The notes beneath the pieces are model-generated. The model ran no database searches. It saw only the letters and a program-made list of their open reading frames with translations, and was not told the origin of the DNA. Made by a program: the position numbers and the translations under genes. Shown one piece after another: positions 30,606 to 39,784 of a DNA stretch of 56,855 bases. Source of the DNA: an uncultured Nitrospiraceae bacterium (GTDB taxonomy: Bacteria; Nitrospirota; Thermodesulfovibrionia; Thermodesulfovibrionales; Dissulfurispiraceae). How positions within the stretch are numbered: the first letter of the stretch is position 1; every line of letters starts with the position of its first letter. The stretch covers positions 1 to 56,855 of the forward strand of contig CAMTVO010000043.1 of NCBI GenBank assembly GCA_947085205.1. The letters are read 5' to 3'.

Positions 30606-31454
30606 TTACTCCATCACTATGTCGCCAAATACTACTTTATTAATCCCCTTCAGTGATTTTATTGGGGATTTGAAGATGATTGCTTTGCCGGTAATCTCAG
30701 TAATAATTCCTAAAGCTATTGTCTCGTTATTATGATTCAATCCGATTAGTGTGCCTTTTTCGAAATCTTTTTCCTTTGGGCTGAACGGTTTATTGTTGTA
30801 AAAGAACGCGGCATCGTTTTCAGTTATTAAGAATTCAGAGATTCTCGTTTTGTGGAGATACTCATCGAGTCTTTTCTTTCTATATCTGATGCGATATTCC
30901 CTGCTCCTCACTTTTGCCATGCGGGATGCCTTAATGCGGTGAATACGAATACCTTCAATAAGTTCGAGAATGTGTTCCAGTTCATAATCTCGCTGGACTG
31001 CGATTATATGTTCAGGTTTTACGGCTCTTATCTTGCCGATCTTCAATGCCTTTCCCAAACCTCCTGAAATAAGACCTGTTGTGTCGATGAGTATGATCTC
31101 AGAACTTTTTCTGCAGATGTTGACCATTTTTTTTGTTGCCTCGATCATTAAATAGATTTTTGCGGCTGGATTGCTGTAGCCTACAAAAAACATCTTCTCA
31201 AATCTGAAACTTTCGATATCTCTTTGGGTATGGAATGTCTTCATACTTATTGTTCCCGGTAGTCCGAGGGATGACTGGCCTACATCAGAGTCGACGAGGG
31301 AGACTTTAATATTTTCCGATAATAGCCTTTTTATAAGAAACCTTGCGAGAGTTGATTTGCCTGAATCAGTTGCGCCGAGCAGGATGGCTGCGCCTTTATG
31401 TTTTATCAGGTCTTCGATAAGCCTTTCCCATTCTTGTTCAGGGATGATTTCCAT
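30606..31454 (-). CDS. Clp1/Grc3-like polynucleotide 5'-kinase
   Basis: Walker A GATDSGKST, VDSDVGQS..G.PG, IDTTG, Arg-rich lid (RSREYR). Confidence 0.8.
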   Translation of the reverse strand: MEIIPEQEWERLIEDLIKHKGAAILLGATDSGKSTLARFLIKRLLSENIKVSLVDSDVGQSSLGLPGTISMKTFHTQRDIESFRFEKMFFVGYSNPAAKIYLMIEATKKMVNICRKSSEIILIDTTGLISGGLGKALKIGKIRAVKPEHIIAVQRDYELEHILELIEGIRIHRIKASRMAKVRSREYRIRYRKKRLDEYLHKTRISEFLITENDAAFFYNNKPFSPKEKDFEKGTLIGLNHNNETIALGIITEITGKAIIFKSPIKSLKGINKVVFGDIVME

Positions 31455-31508
31455 TATCGATTATAACAGAATAAATGAAAATTTAAGGTATATGGTGATT
31501 GTAGTTCT

Positions 31509-31547
31509 AAAGGAATTCTTGACAGCAGTTCCTTTTTGGAATACTTT
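31509..31547 (+). promoter_or_regulatory. Hydrogenase operon promoter with a palindrome flanking the -35 box
   Basis: TTGACA (31519-24)-17 nt-TACTTT; AAAGGAA (31509-15) / TTCCTTT (31529-35). Confidence 0.5.
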
Positions 31548-31576
31548 TTATAGTAAGAACCAATAGGGAGGACTTT

Positions 31577-32656
31577 ATGCAAGACGACAGTCTCTTTTGC
31601 AATCTTTCACGGCGGGGTGTATCGAGAAGGGACTTCATGAAGTTCTGCACTGCCATGGCCGCAACGATGGCCCTGCCTCCGGGACTTATATCGCAAATAG
31701 CGGAAGCCTTCGAAAAGAAGCAGAAGCCTTATCTTGTCTGGCTCGAGTATCAGGATTGCGGCGGCGATACCGCGGCGCTGCTGGGGGCTAACAATCCGAC
31801 GGTTGCAGAGATAGTCCTCGACATTCTTTCTGTGGAATATCACGAAACAATAATGGCTGCGTCAGGAAAACACGCGGAGAAGTCCCTTATGGATGTTGTT
31901 AAAAAACATAAGGGTAAATATTTTGCCGTTGTCGAAGGCTCTATACCGATGAAGGACGGAGGCGTTTATTGCTGCATTGGAGGTAAATCCGCCGTTGACC
32001 TTTCAAAGGAAATATGCGGCAATGCACTCGCAACAATTGCAGTTGGTACATGTGCATGTTACGGAGGTATCCCTGCTGCAAATCCGAATCCTACCGGAGC
32101 GGTCGGCGTCAAGGACGCCATGCCGGGCATTACTGTTGTTAACCTGCCGGGATGTCCGGTCAATGTCGAAAACATAACAGCAACAATAGTTCATTATCTT
32201 ACATTCTGCTCGCTGCCTACACTTGATGGTCTTGGCCGCCCTTATTTTGCATACGGCAAGAGGATTCATGACCATTGCGAAAGGCGCGCGCATTTCGATG
32301 CCGGACAATTTGTCAGAAAATGGGGCGACGAAGGACACAGGCTCGGCTGGTGCTTATACGAAATGGGATGCAAAGGGCCTGCTGCATACAAGAATTGTCC
32401 TATAGTTAAATACAACGAAGGAACGAGCTGGCCTGTTCAGGCAGGACACGGCTGCATTGGCTGTGCAATGCCGAATTTCTGGGATACCATGACGCCGTTC
32501 TACAGAAGACTTCCGAAAGTTCCGGGCTTCGGCGTCGAGGCTGCTGCCGATAAGATAGGCATTGGCATTGCAGCAGCGGCGGCAGCAGGCGTGGCGGCCC
32601 ATGCTATTGCAAGCACTGCAAGGAAGAAAGAGTCTAAAGAAAAGGGGAAAGAATAA
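31577..32656 (+). CDS. Group 1 [NiFe] hydrogenase small subunit (Tat-exported, C-terminal anchor)
   Basis: SRRDFMK Tat motif, GTCACYGG, PGCP, HDHC, GWCL...GCKGP, CP...GHGCIGC, hydrophobic tail. Confidence 0.95.
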   Translation: MQDDSLFCNLSRRGVSRRDFMKFCTAMAATMALPPGLISQIAEAFEKKQKPYLVWLEYQDCGGDTAALLGANNPTVAEIVLDILSVEYHETIMAASGKHAEKSLMDVVKKHKGKYFAVVEGSIPMKDGGVYCCIGGKSAVDLSKEICGNALATIAVGTCACYGGIPAANPNPTGAVGVKDAMPGITVVNLPGCPVNVENITATIVHYLTFCSLPTLDGLGRPYFAYGKRIHDHCERRAHFDAGQFVRKWGDEGHRLGWCLYEMGCKGPAAYKNCPIVKYNEGTSWPVQAGHGCIGCAMPNFWDTMTPFYRRLPKVPGFGVEAAADKIGIGIAAAAAAGVAAHAIASTARKKESKEKGKE

Positions 32657-32680
32657 ATAGGTAAAGGAGGGAGAGTTTTT

Positions 32681-34390
32681 ATGGCAAAGATAGCAATTGA
32701 CCCGATAACGAGGATTGAAGGTCATCTCAGGATCGAGGCCCAGGTAGAGGGCGGTAAGGTTGTGGATGCATGGTCGTCCAGCACCATGTTCAGGGGCATA
32801 GAGATAATTCTTCAAGGCAGGGACCCGCGTGATGCGTGGGCATTTACCCAGCGAATATGAGGCGTATGAACAACGGTTCACGCCACCAGCTCCGTGAGAG
32901 CGGTAGAAAATGCCTTAGGAATAACAATTCCGGATAACGCGAGGATAATCAGGAACCTTATAACCGGAATACAGTATGTTCAGGATCACGTGATCCATTT
33001 TTATCATTTGCACGCCCTCGACTGGGTGGATATCGTAAGCGCCTTAAAGGCAGACTCTTCAAAGACATCATCCCTTGCCCAGTCCATATCTGACTGGCCC
33101 AAATCATCTGCGTTATATTTCAAGGGAATTCAGGACAGAGTCAAGGCATTGGTTGACAGCGGACAGTTAGGGATATTCTCCAATGCCTATTGGGGGCATT
33201 CTGCATACAAACTGCCTCCTGAAGCGAACCTGATGGCAGTAGCCCACTACCTTGAGGCGCTCGACTGGCAGAAGGATGTAATAAAGATTCAGACATTGCT
33301 GGGCGCAAAGAATCCGCATGCACAGACATATCTTGTGGCCGGCATGTCCATACCTGTCGATCCCAACAGCCAGAATGCCCTTAACGCGGGAAGCATCGCC
33401 TTTATGTCAGGGCTTGCGAAAAAGGCTCATGAGTTCGTCGAAAAAGTCTACATCCCCGACCTGCTTGCGGTTGCGTCGTTCTATAAAGAATGGGCAAATT
33501 ACGGCGGCGGTGTGGGCAACTTCCTTGTGTACGGCGAATTCCCCAACGACAATCAGAGCAATACAGCCAACCTCTGGCTCCCGCGAGGGATAATCAAGAA
33601 TAAGGATTTAAGCAAAGTCCATCCTGTGGATCACACAAAGATTATGGAATATGTTACGCATTCATGGTATGAATATGCTGGCGGGGACGCAAAAGCCAAG
33701 CACCCGTGGGACGGAGAGACAAATTATAAATATACCGGCCCGAAACCTCCTTACGAGTTTCTCGATACAAACAAGAAATATAGCTGGCTCAAGGCACCGA
33801 GATATTAGGATATGCCTATGGAAGTAGGCCCGCTTGCGAGGATGCTCGTAGCTTATGCATCAGGACACAAGCGCATAAAAGAGGTTGTGGACAGCATATT
33901 GAAGAAACTTGGTGTAAGCCCTGAGGCATTATTTTCTACGCTCGGCCGTGTTGCTGCAAGGGGAATAGAAACTCTGGTTACAGCAGAGATGCTCTCTGTC
34001 TGGCTCGACCAGCTTGCCTCGGGCATGAAGAAGGGAGATCTCCGCATCCACAACGGCAGCAAATGGGAACCTTCTACATGGCCGAAAGAGGCGCGCGGTT
34101 TCGGTTTTCATGAGGCACCGAGGGGAGCATTGGGACACTGGATTTTAATAAAAGACAAAAAGATCGCCAATTACCAGTGCGTTGTGCCGAGCACATGGAA
34201 CGGCTCTCCGAGGGATGCAAAGGGACAAAAGGGGCCTTATGAGGCTGCGCTCATCGGTACGCCTGTAGCGGATATCAACAAGCCAGTAGAAATACTGAGG
34301 ACGATACATTCCTTTGATCCCTGTATGGCTTGCGCGGTTCATGTTGTAGACGCGGCGGGTAAAGAACTTGCAAAGATACGAATAGTTTAG
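32681..34390 (+). CDS. Group 1 [NiFe] hydrogenase large subunit with two in-frame TGA (32858, 32867) and one in-frame TAG (33806); recoded gene or pseudogene
   Basis: RBS AGGAGG and ATG 32681 give MAKIAIDPITRIEGHL...QRI*GV*TTVH; ORFs 32894-33808 and 33812-34390 share this frame; EAPRG and DPCMACAVH present; 570 codons. Confidence 0.9.
32885..32904 (+). promoter_or_regulatory. Candidate bacterial SECIS hairpin
   Basis: ACC-a-GCTC-(CGTGA)-GAGC-GGT; loop about 24 and 33 nt after the two TGAs, G at loop position 2. Confidence 0.5.
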
Positions 34391-34399
34391 GAGGGGACA

Positions 34400-35044
34400 A
34401 TGTTAAAGAAGGTTTATGTATGGGAGTTTCCGGTTCGGATGACCCACTGGATAAATGTCCTCTGCATAGCGGCGCTGTCCGTTACCGGCTATTACATCGG
34501 AAATCCCTTTATCCATGCCATTTCCACCGACCAGTACATAATGGGGTGGATGAGGTTTATACACTTTGTTACGGCGTACCTCTTTACGGTGAGCTTCCTG
34601 ATAAGGATTTACTGGGCATTTAAGGGGAACAAGCATGCACGTCTTAAGGAATTTCTTTATTTCAGGGCTCAGCAATTCATAGACTTGATTAATGACATCA
34701 AGTACTATATTTTTATGAGAAAAGAGCATTCTCAGGCTGTCGGGCATACTGCCCTTGCTTCAGCAGTATATTTGGGTTTGTGGATTCTATTTATAGTCCA
34801 GATACTCACCGGTTTTGCCCTTTATTCGCAGAGCCATCACGGAATTTTCTGGAAGCTCATGGGAGGCTGGCTTCTTTCGGTATTTTCCGCTCCGACTATT
34901 AGGCTGTATCATCACATGATGATGTGGTTTATGGTATTCTTTGTTATAGAACATGTATACCTTGTATGGCTTGCTGACAGGTTACAAAAGGGAGGGTTTA
35001 TCAGCTCCATGTTCAGCGGTTACAAAACAGTGGAGGAAGATTAA
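34400..35044 (+). CDS. Ni/Fe-hydrogenase b-type cytochrome subunit
   Basis: VYVWEFPVRMTHW, RFIHF, GH, RLYHH, HVY, SSMFSGYK. Confidence 0.94.
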   Translation: MLKKVYVWEFPVRMTHWINVLCIAALSVTGYYIGNPFIHAISTDQYIMGWMRFIHFVTAYLFTVSFLIRIYWAFKGNKHARLKEFLYFRAQQFIDLINDIKYYIFMRKEHSQAVGHTALASAVYLGLWILFIVQILTGFALYSQSHHGIFWKLMGGWLLSVFSAPTIRLYHHMMMWFMVFFVIEHVYLVWLADRLQKGGFISSMFSGYKTVEED

Positions 35045-35600
35045 AATAGATACAGTTGAATGCAATAGGGAGTTTTCGCAAGGGGGACAGAGTCCTTCTT
35101 GCGGCCATATAGCTGTTATAGGACTCGGCAATATACTTTTAAGGGATGAGGGCGTCGGGGTTCATGTAACAAACACCATAAAACAAGGGTATACCTTTTC
35201 TCCATACGTGGAGATAATTGATGGTGGAACCATGGGCCTCGATCTTCTGCCGCTCTTTGAAGGGCGTGATAAAATCTTAATCGTCGATGCCGTAGATTTC
35301 GGCAGAGAGCCGGGATATGTCGGTATAATCAAAAATGAAGACATACCATCCGCGCTCAATTCAAAACTCTCTGTCCACCATATAGGGCTTTCTGATGTCC
35401 TCTTTGCCTCAAAGCTGATGGGCATATCGCCGTTGGAAATATGCCTTATCGGAATACAGCCTGAATCACTCGATGTTGGGCTTGACATGACAGAGGAGAT
35501 TAAAGGGAAAATAGAGACAGTGATAGATTTAATCATCGGAAAGCTGAAGGAGTGGAACATAGAATGTGCCTTGCTGTCCCGTCAAGAATCATTGAAATAA
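35040..35600 (+). CDS. Hydrogenase maturation endopeptidase (HyaD/HybD family); start uncertain
   Basis: IGLGNILLRDEGVG, IDGGT, IVDAV, SVHHIG, GIQP. Confidence 0.88.
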   Translation: MKIDTVECNREFSQGGQSPSCGHIAVIGLGNILLRDEGVGVHVTNTIKQGYTFSPYVEIIDGGTMGLDLLPLFEGRDKILIVDAVDFGREPGYVGIIKNEDIPSALNSKLSVHHIGLSDVLFASKLMGISPLEICLIGIQPESLDVGLDMTEEIKGKIETVIDLIIGKLKEWNIECALLSRQESLK

Positions 35601-35791
35601 ACAATCTTCTCGCAACTGTTGATGTATATGGAGCAAGGAAAAAGATAAGCCTTTTGCTCCTTCCTGAAGAGGCGCATCTCGGCGATTATGTCCTCGTGCA
35701 CGCAGGCTTTGCAATTCAAAAGGTGGACAAAGAAGCTGCAAAGGACGCCCTGAATCTCATCAGGGAGATCACCGAGACAATGGAAGAATGA
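35564..35791 (+). CDS. hypC: Hydrogenase chaperone HypC
   Basis: MCLAVP...GDYVLVHAGFAI. Confidence 0.95.
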   Translation: MCLAVPSRIIEINNLLATVDVYGARKKISLLLLPEEAHLGDYVLVHAGFAIQKVDKEAAKDALNLIREITETMEE

Positions 35792-35903
35792 GGCTGAATC
35801 TGGAGTTCCCAAAGATTAGATAGTCTTCATTACCAGACAGCTTTTCTTGCCTGCAAAAGCCTGTTTATGCTATTTTACAAATACTTGAAATCAAGGGGGT
35901 TTT

Positions 35904-36452
35904 ATGGTTAAAAGCGACAGGTGGATACGGGAGATGGCTCAAAAGGGAATGATTGAGCCTTTCAATAAAAAGCAGGTCAGAAAGGGCGTCATTTCTTACG
36001 GCGTAAGCTCCTACGGCTATGACATGAGGATAGGCGGCGAATTCAAGATATTTACCAATATAAACAACACAGTTGTCGACCCCAAGAATTTCGACCCGAA
36101 GAGCTTTGTGGACTATAAGGGAGATGTCTGCATTATTCCGCCGAATTCTTTTCTCCTTGCGAGTTCTCTCGAATATTTCAGGATTCCGAGGGATGTGCTG
36201 GTGATATGCCTCGGCAAATCTACTTATGCAAGATGCGGTCTTGTCGTGAATGTCACTCCATTGGAGCCTGAATGGGAAGGACATGTGACAATAGAGATTT
36301 CTAATACAACTCCATTACCCGCCAGGATATACGCTAATGAAGGAATAGCCCAGTTGATTTTTCTGCAGGCGGCGGAAATCTGTGAAGTCTCTTACAAAGA
36401 CAAATCAGGCAAGTATCAGGCACAGAAGGGGATAACCCTGCCGAGGATGTAA
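35904..36452 (+). CDS. dcd: dCTP deaminase
   Basis: [33 protein letters not shown]. Confidence 0.95.
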   Translation: MVKSDRWIREMAQKGMIEPFNKKQVRKGVISYGVSSYGYDMRIGGEFKIFTNINNTVVDPKNFDPKSFVDYKGDVCIIPPNSFLLASSLEYFRIPRDVLVICLGKSTYARCGLVVNVTPLEPEWEGHVTIEISNTTPLPARIYANEGIAQLIFLQAAEICEVSYKDKSGKYQAQKGITLPRM

Positions 36453-36453
36453 T

Positions 36454-37173
36454 ATGCCATGGAAAGAAAAACTCATTATAGCCCTTGATGTGTCGGATGC
36501 AAAACAAGCCCTGGGTATTGTTGATATGCTCGGCGATTATGCAGGTGTGTTCAAAGTCGGCTTCGAGCTTTTCGTCTCTGCCGGGCCAAAGGTAGTTGAA
36601 GAAATTCATAAAAAAGATAAAAAGGTATTCCTTGATTTAAAGTTCCATGATATTCCAAACACTGTCTCAAAGGCAGCAGTTGCAGCGGCAAGACTCGGTG
36701 TGTATATGTTCAATCTCCACACATCCGGCGGCATTGAGATGATGAAAAAGTGCAGGGATGCGGTCGAGAACGTATGCGCAAAAGAGAATACGGCAAGACC
36801 TAAAATTATAGGCGTTACTGCGCTTACAAGCCTTGATAACGAAATTCTGAAGAATGAGCTTTTCGTCTCGCACGGTATAAAGACACATGTTAAGCATCTT
36901 GCATTATTGGCTCAGAAGGCGGGGCTTGACGGTGTTGTCGCATCTCCGCATGAGATTTCCATGATAAAGCAGCATTGCGGAAAGGGCTTCCTCGTCGTTA
37001 CGCCCGGAATAAGGCCTTCATGGGTTCCACCGGATGACCAGAAAAGGACAGCGACTCCGAAAGAGGCATTGAAAAACGGAGCCGATTATATTGTCATGGG
37101 GAGGGGAATACTGAAACAGGAAGACCCCATCAAGGCGCTTGAGCTGATTTCTTTAGAGATACTCACAGCATAA
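36454..37173 (+). CDS. pyrF: Orotidine-5'-phosphate decarboxylase
   Basis: IIALD, FLDLKFHDIPNTV, VTPGIR, GADYIVMGR. Confidence 0.96.
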   Translation: MPWKEKLIIALDVSDAKQALGIVDMLGDYAGVFKVGFELFVSAGPKVVEEIHKKDKKVFLDLKFHDIPNTVSKAAVAAARLGVYMFNLHTSGGIEMMKKCRDAVENVCAKENTARPKIIGVTALTSLDNEILKNELFVSHGIKTHVKHLALLAQKAGLDGVVASPHEISMIKQHCGKGFLVVTPGIRPSWVPPDDQKRTATPKEALKNGADYIVMGRGILKQEDPIKALELISLEILTA

Positions 37174-37241
37174 ATCTTTTAACTCAAATGATCCATGCTA
37201 ATTGAATTTTTCCGAAGAGTCTTTCTACTTATTGGTTAAAA

Positions 37242-38768
37242 ATGAAATTAAACCTAAATAAAAAGGATTTTCTGGATACGGTTAAAAGTGGCAGCATTCC
37301 GCCCCTTTATGTGGAAATTCCATACAATGAGCCGTATTCCGTTTACGAAACTCTCGGCTGCAGCGCAAACTCCATCCTCCTTGAAAGCGTAAAAGGCCCT
37401 TATAAAATAGCCCGTTATTCCTTCATAGCCTTTGAACCATATCTCGTTTTTGATGTTAAGGACGGTGAGATAAAAATAGGGGCAAGGGTCAAGGGTCAAG
37501 GGTCGCAGGTTAAAGAATCGGTATCTTCAAGACCGCCTCTTGAAAGGCTGAAGGAGCTTGTGGCTGCCTATCCACAAAAACCTGTTCCTGAGTTGCCGCC
37601 ATTTCAGGGCGGCGCTGTCGGATTGCTGAGCTATGACTTTGTAAGGTATATCGAGAACATTCCAAAGAAAGCGGTTGACGACCTTCGTATTCCCGATGCT
37701 CATTTCTTTATGACTGACAAGGTAGTAGCCTTTGACCACATGCATAAGAAGGCATGGCTGATTGTTTCCCCGGGTGCAAGGGATACGGAGCTGGGATACA
37801 AGGACGTTTCAGATATAGACTGGAACAGGGCGTATGAAAGAGCAGTTGAAGAGTTAAAAGTTAAGAGTTTAAGAGTTAAGGAGTTGAAAATTGAGAAAGA
37901 AAATATAACTCCTGAACTCCCAAACTCTTTAACTCCTAAACTCAATTACGAGATGTCTAAGGAACAATACATGAATATTGTCAAAAGGACAAAGGAGTAT
38001 ATAGCTGCCGGAGATATATTTCAGGCAAATCTTTCGCAGAGGATCTCAGCAAATATATGGGATAAAAATCCATGGGAAATATATAAGGTGCTAAGAGGTA
38101 TTAACCCATCTCCCTTTGCAGCATATGCCGATTTTGGAGATTACCGGATTGTCAGTTCATCTCCGGAGAGGCTGATAAGAGTTAAAGACGGTATTATAGA
38201 AACGAGGCCTATTGCAGGCACAAGGCCGAGGGGAAGCGATTTCAGAGAAGACGAGCTTATGAGGGCGGAGCTCCTGCTGAATGAGAAAGAGAGGGCGGAG
38301 CATATAATGCTTATCGACCTCGAAAGGAATGACATAGGAAGGGTATCCGAATACGGCAGCGTGAATGTTGATGAATTGATGATTACAGAGGACTATTCTC
38401 ATGTTATTCATATCGTATCCAATGTAATGGGCATTCTCAAAAAGGGAAAGAGCTGTTTTGATGTGATAAGGGCGACCTTCCCCGGAGGAACAATTACAGG
38501 AGTACCTAAGGTAAGATGCATGGAGATAATAGACGAGCTTGAGCCTGTCTGTCGCGGCCCTTATACCGGCTCGCTCGGTTATATCGGCTTTTCGGGCAAT
38601 ATGGATTTAAATATAATTATCAGGACATTTTTAATAAAAAACGGCTATGCTTATGTGCAGGCCGGCGCCGGTATTGTTGCGGACTCCGACCCGGAGCGGG
38701 AATACTATGAGACATTAAAGAAGGCCGAGGCCCTTATAAAGACCCTTGAAATAATAAGCGGCGGTTGA
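37242..38768 (+). CDS. Anthranilate/aminodeoxychorismate synthase component I (TrpE/PabB family)
   Basis: [44 protein letters not shown]; two repeat-derived inserts. Confidence 0.92.
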   Translation: MKLNLNKKDFLDTVKSGSIPPLYVEIPYNEPYSVYETLGCSANSILLESVKGPYKIARYSFIAFEPYLVFDVKDGEIKIGARVKGQGSQVKESVSSRPPLERLKELVAAYPQKPVPELPPFQGGAVGLLSYDFVRYIENIPKKAVDDLRIPDAHFFMTDKVVAFDHMHKKAWLIVSPGARDTELGYKDVSDIDWNRAYERAVEELKVKSLRVKELKIEKENITPELPNSLTPKLNYEMSKEQYMNIVKRTKEYIAAGDIFQANLSQRISANIWDKNPWEIYKVLRGINPSPFAAYADFGDYRIVSSSPERLIRVKDGIIETRPIAGTRPRGSDFREDELMRAELLLNEKERAEHIMLIDLERNDIGRVSEYGSVNVDELMITEDYSHVIHIVSNVMGILKKGKSCFDVIRATFPGGTITGVPKVRCMEIIDELEPVCRGPYTGSLGYIGFSGNMDLNIIIRTFLIKNGYAYVQAGAGIVADSDPEREYYETLKKAEALIKTLEIISGG

Positions 38769-38817
38769 TATAAAAGACCATTAGGATTTTCATGGACTAA
38801 TTTGTATACTATAAATA

Positions 38818-39720
38818 ATGAAAGTTCTGATTGCTGAAAGCGGCGAAGAGTCGAAGACTGTTCTTGGGAAGATACTTTTTGATGAAGGCTACGAATGTGC
38901 CTTTGTAAAAAAGAGCGATGAAGTTATCGAAAAGATTTATTCCGAACTACCTGATGTTATTATTCTCGATATAAGGCTTTCAAAGCCGGGCAGCCTTGAA
39001 CTATTAAAACAGCTTAAATCAGCGCCCTCCACGAGGGATATCCCTGTCATCCTTATAGCATCCAGAAGGTCGTGCCGGAAACTCTCAAAGGGATACGAGC
39101 TCGGAGCATACGATTATATCTCAAGACCGTTTTTTAAGGAAGAGGTGCTCGCGAGGATCAGCAATATTACCTTTGCCTGCGGGAGGGTGAAGGAACTCGA
39201 AAAGCTCCTCGACAGGGATTACCTGACAGGCCTTTATAATAGAAGGTTTTTCATGGAGAGATTTCTTGAGGAAGTGGCATGGTCTGCAAGATACAATGAG
39301 CCGCTTTCGGTAATGATGCTCGATATCGACTACTTTAAAAAAGTTAATGACACCTACGGACACGGGTGCGGCGATGAGATACTAAAGCAGATTGCAGGCA
39401 CACTGTCGTCTGTTCTCAGGACTGAAGACATTGTAGCAAGATATGGAGGGGAGGAATTCATAGTTCTGCTGCCGAATATCGGCATAGAAGGCGCATCAAC
39501 CGTCGCAGAAAAACTGAGGAGTACGGTTCAGGATAGAAGTTTTTTCTGCGAAGATAAAAGCATTAAGCTGAATGTCACCGTTAGCATAGGTGTAGCGACA
39601 CATTATGGCGATGCTGATTTGTCGCCGGACAGGCTTATCGGACAGGCCGACGGCGCGCTCTATGACGCAAAGGAAGGCGGGAGGAACAAGGTAGTCGTAT
39701 ATAGACAGCAACTCTTGTGA
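38818..39720 (+). CDS. Response-regulator diguanylate cyclase (REC-GGDEF)
   Basis: REC (PDVIILD), DYLTGLYNRR, RTED I-site, RYGGEEF. Confidence 0.92.
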   Translation: MKVLIAESGEESKTVLGKILFDEGYECAFVKKSDEVIEKIYSELPDVIILDIRLSKPGSLELLKQLKSAPSTRDIPVILIASRRSCRKLSKGYELGAYDYISRPFFKEEVLARISNITFACGRVKELEKLLDRDYLTGLYNRRFFMERFLEEVAWSARYNEPLSVMMLDIDYFKKVNDTYGHGCGDEILKQIAGTLSSVLRTEDIVARYGGEEFIVLLPNIGIEGASTVAEKLRSTVQDRSFFCEDKSIKLNVTVSIGVATHYGDADLSPDRLIGQADGALYDAKEGGRNKVVVYRQQLL

Positions 39721-39784
39721 TATTCATAAGCTTTGTGGTAATAGAAAGGACTTTAAATAAGCTTAATCAGGAAAGGATTGATAG

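Noticed and set aside
32681..34390. Genome-wide reassignment of TGA or TAG
   Set aside because: TGA ends hypC, tsaD and the DtxR gene, and TAG ends aroC, trmD, rplS and this gene, all at expected positions; any recoding must be local
32894..34390. Two separate ORFs (304 and 192 aa) as independent genes
   Set aside because: They are consecutive in-frame parts of one large subunit that begins at 32681
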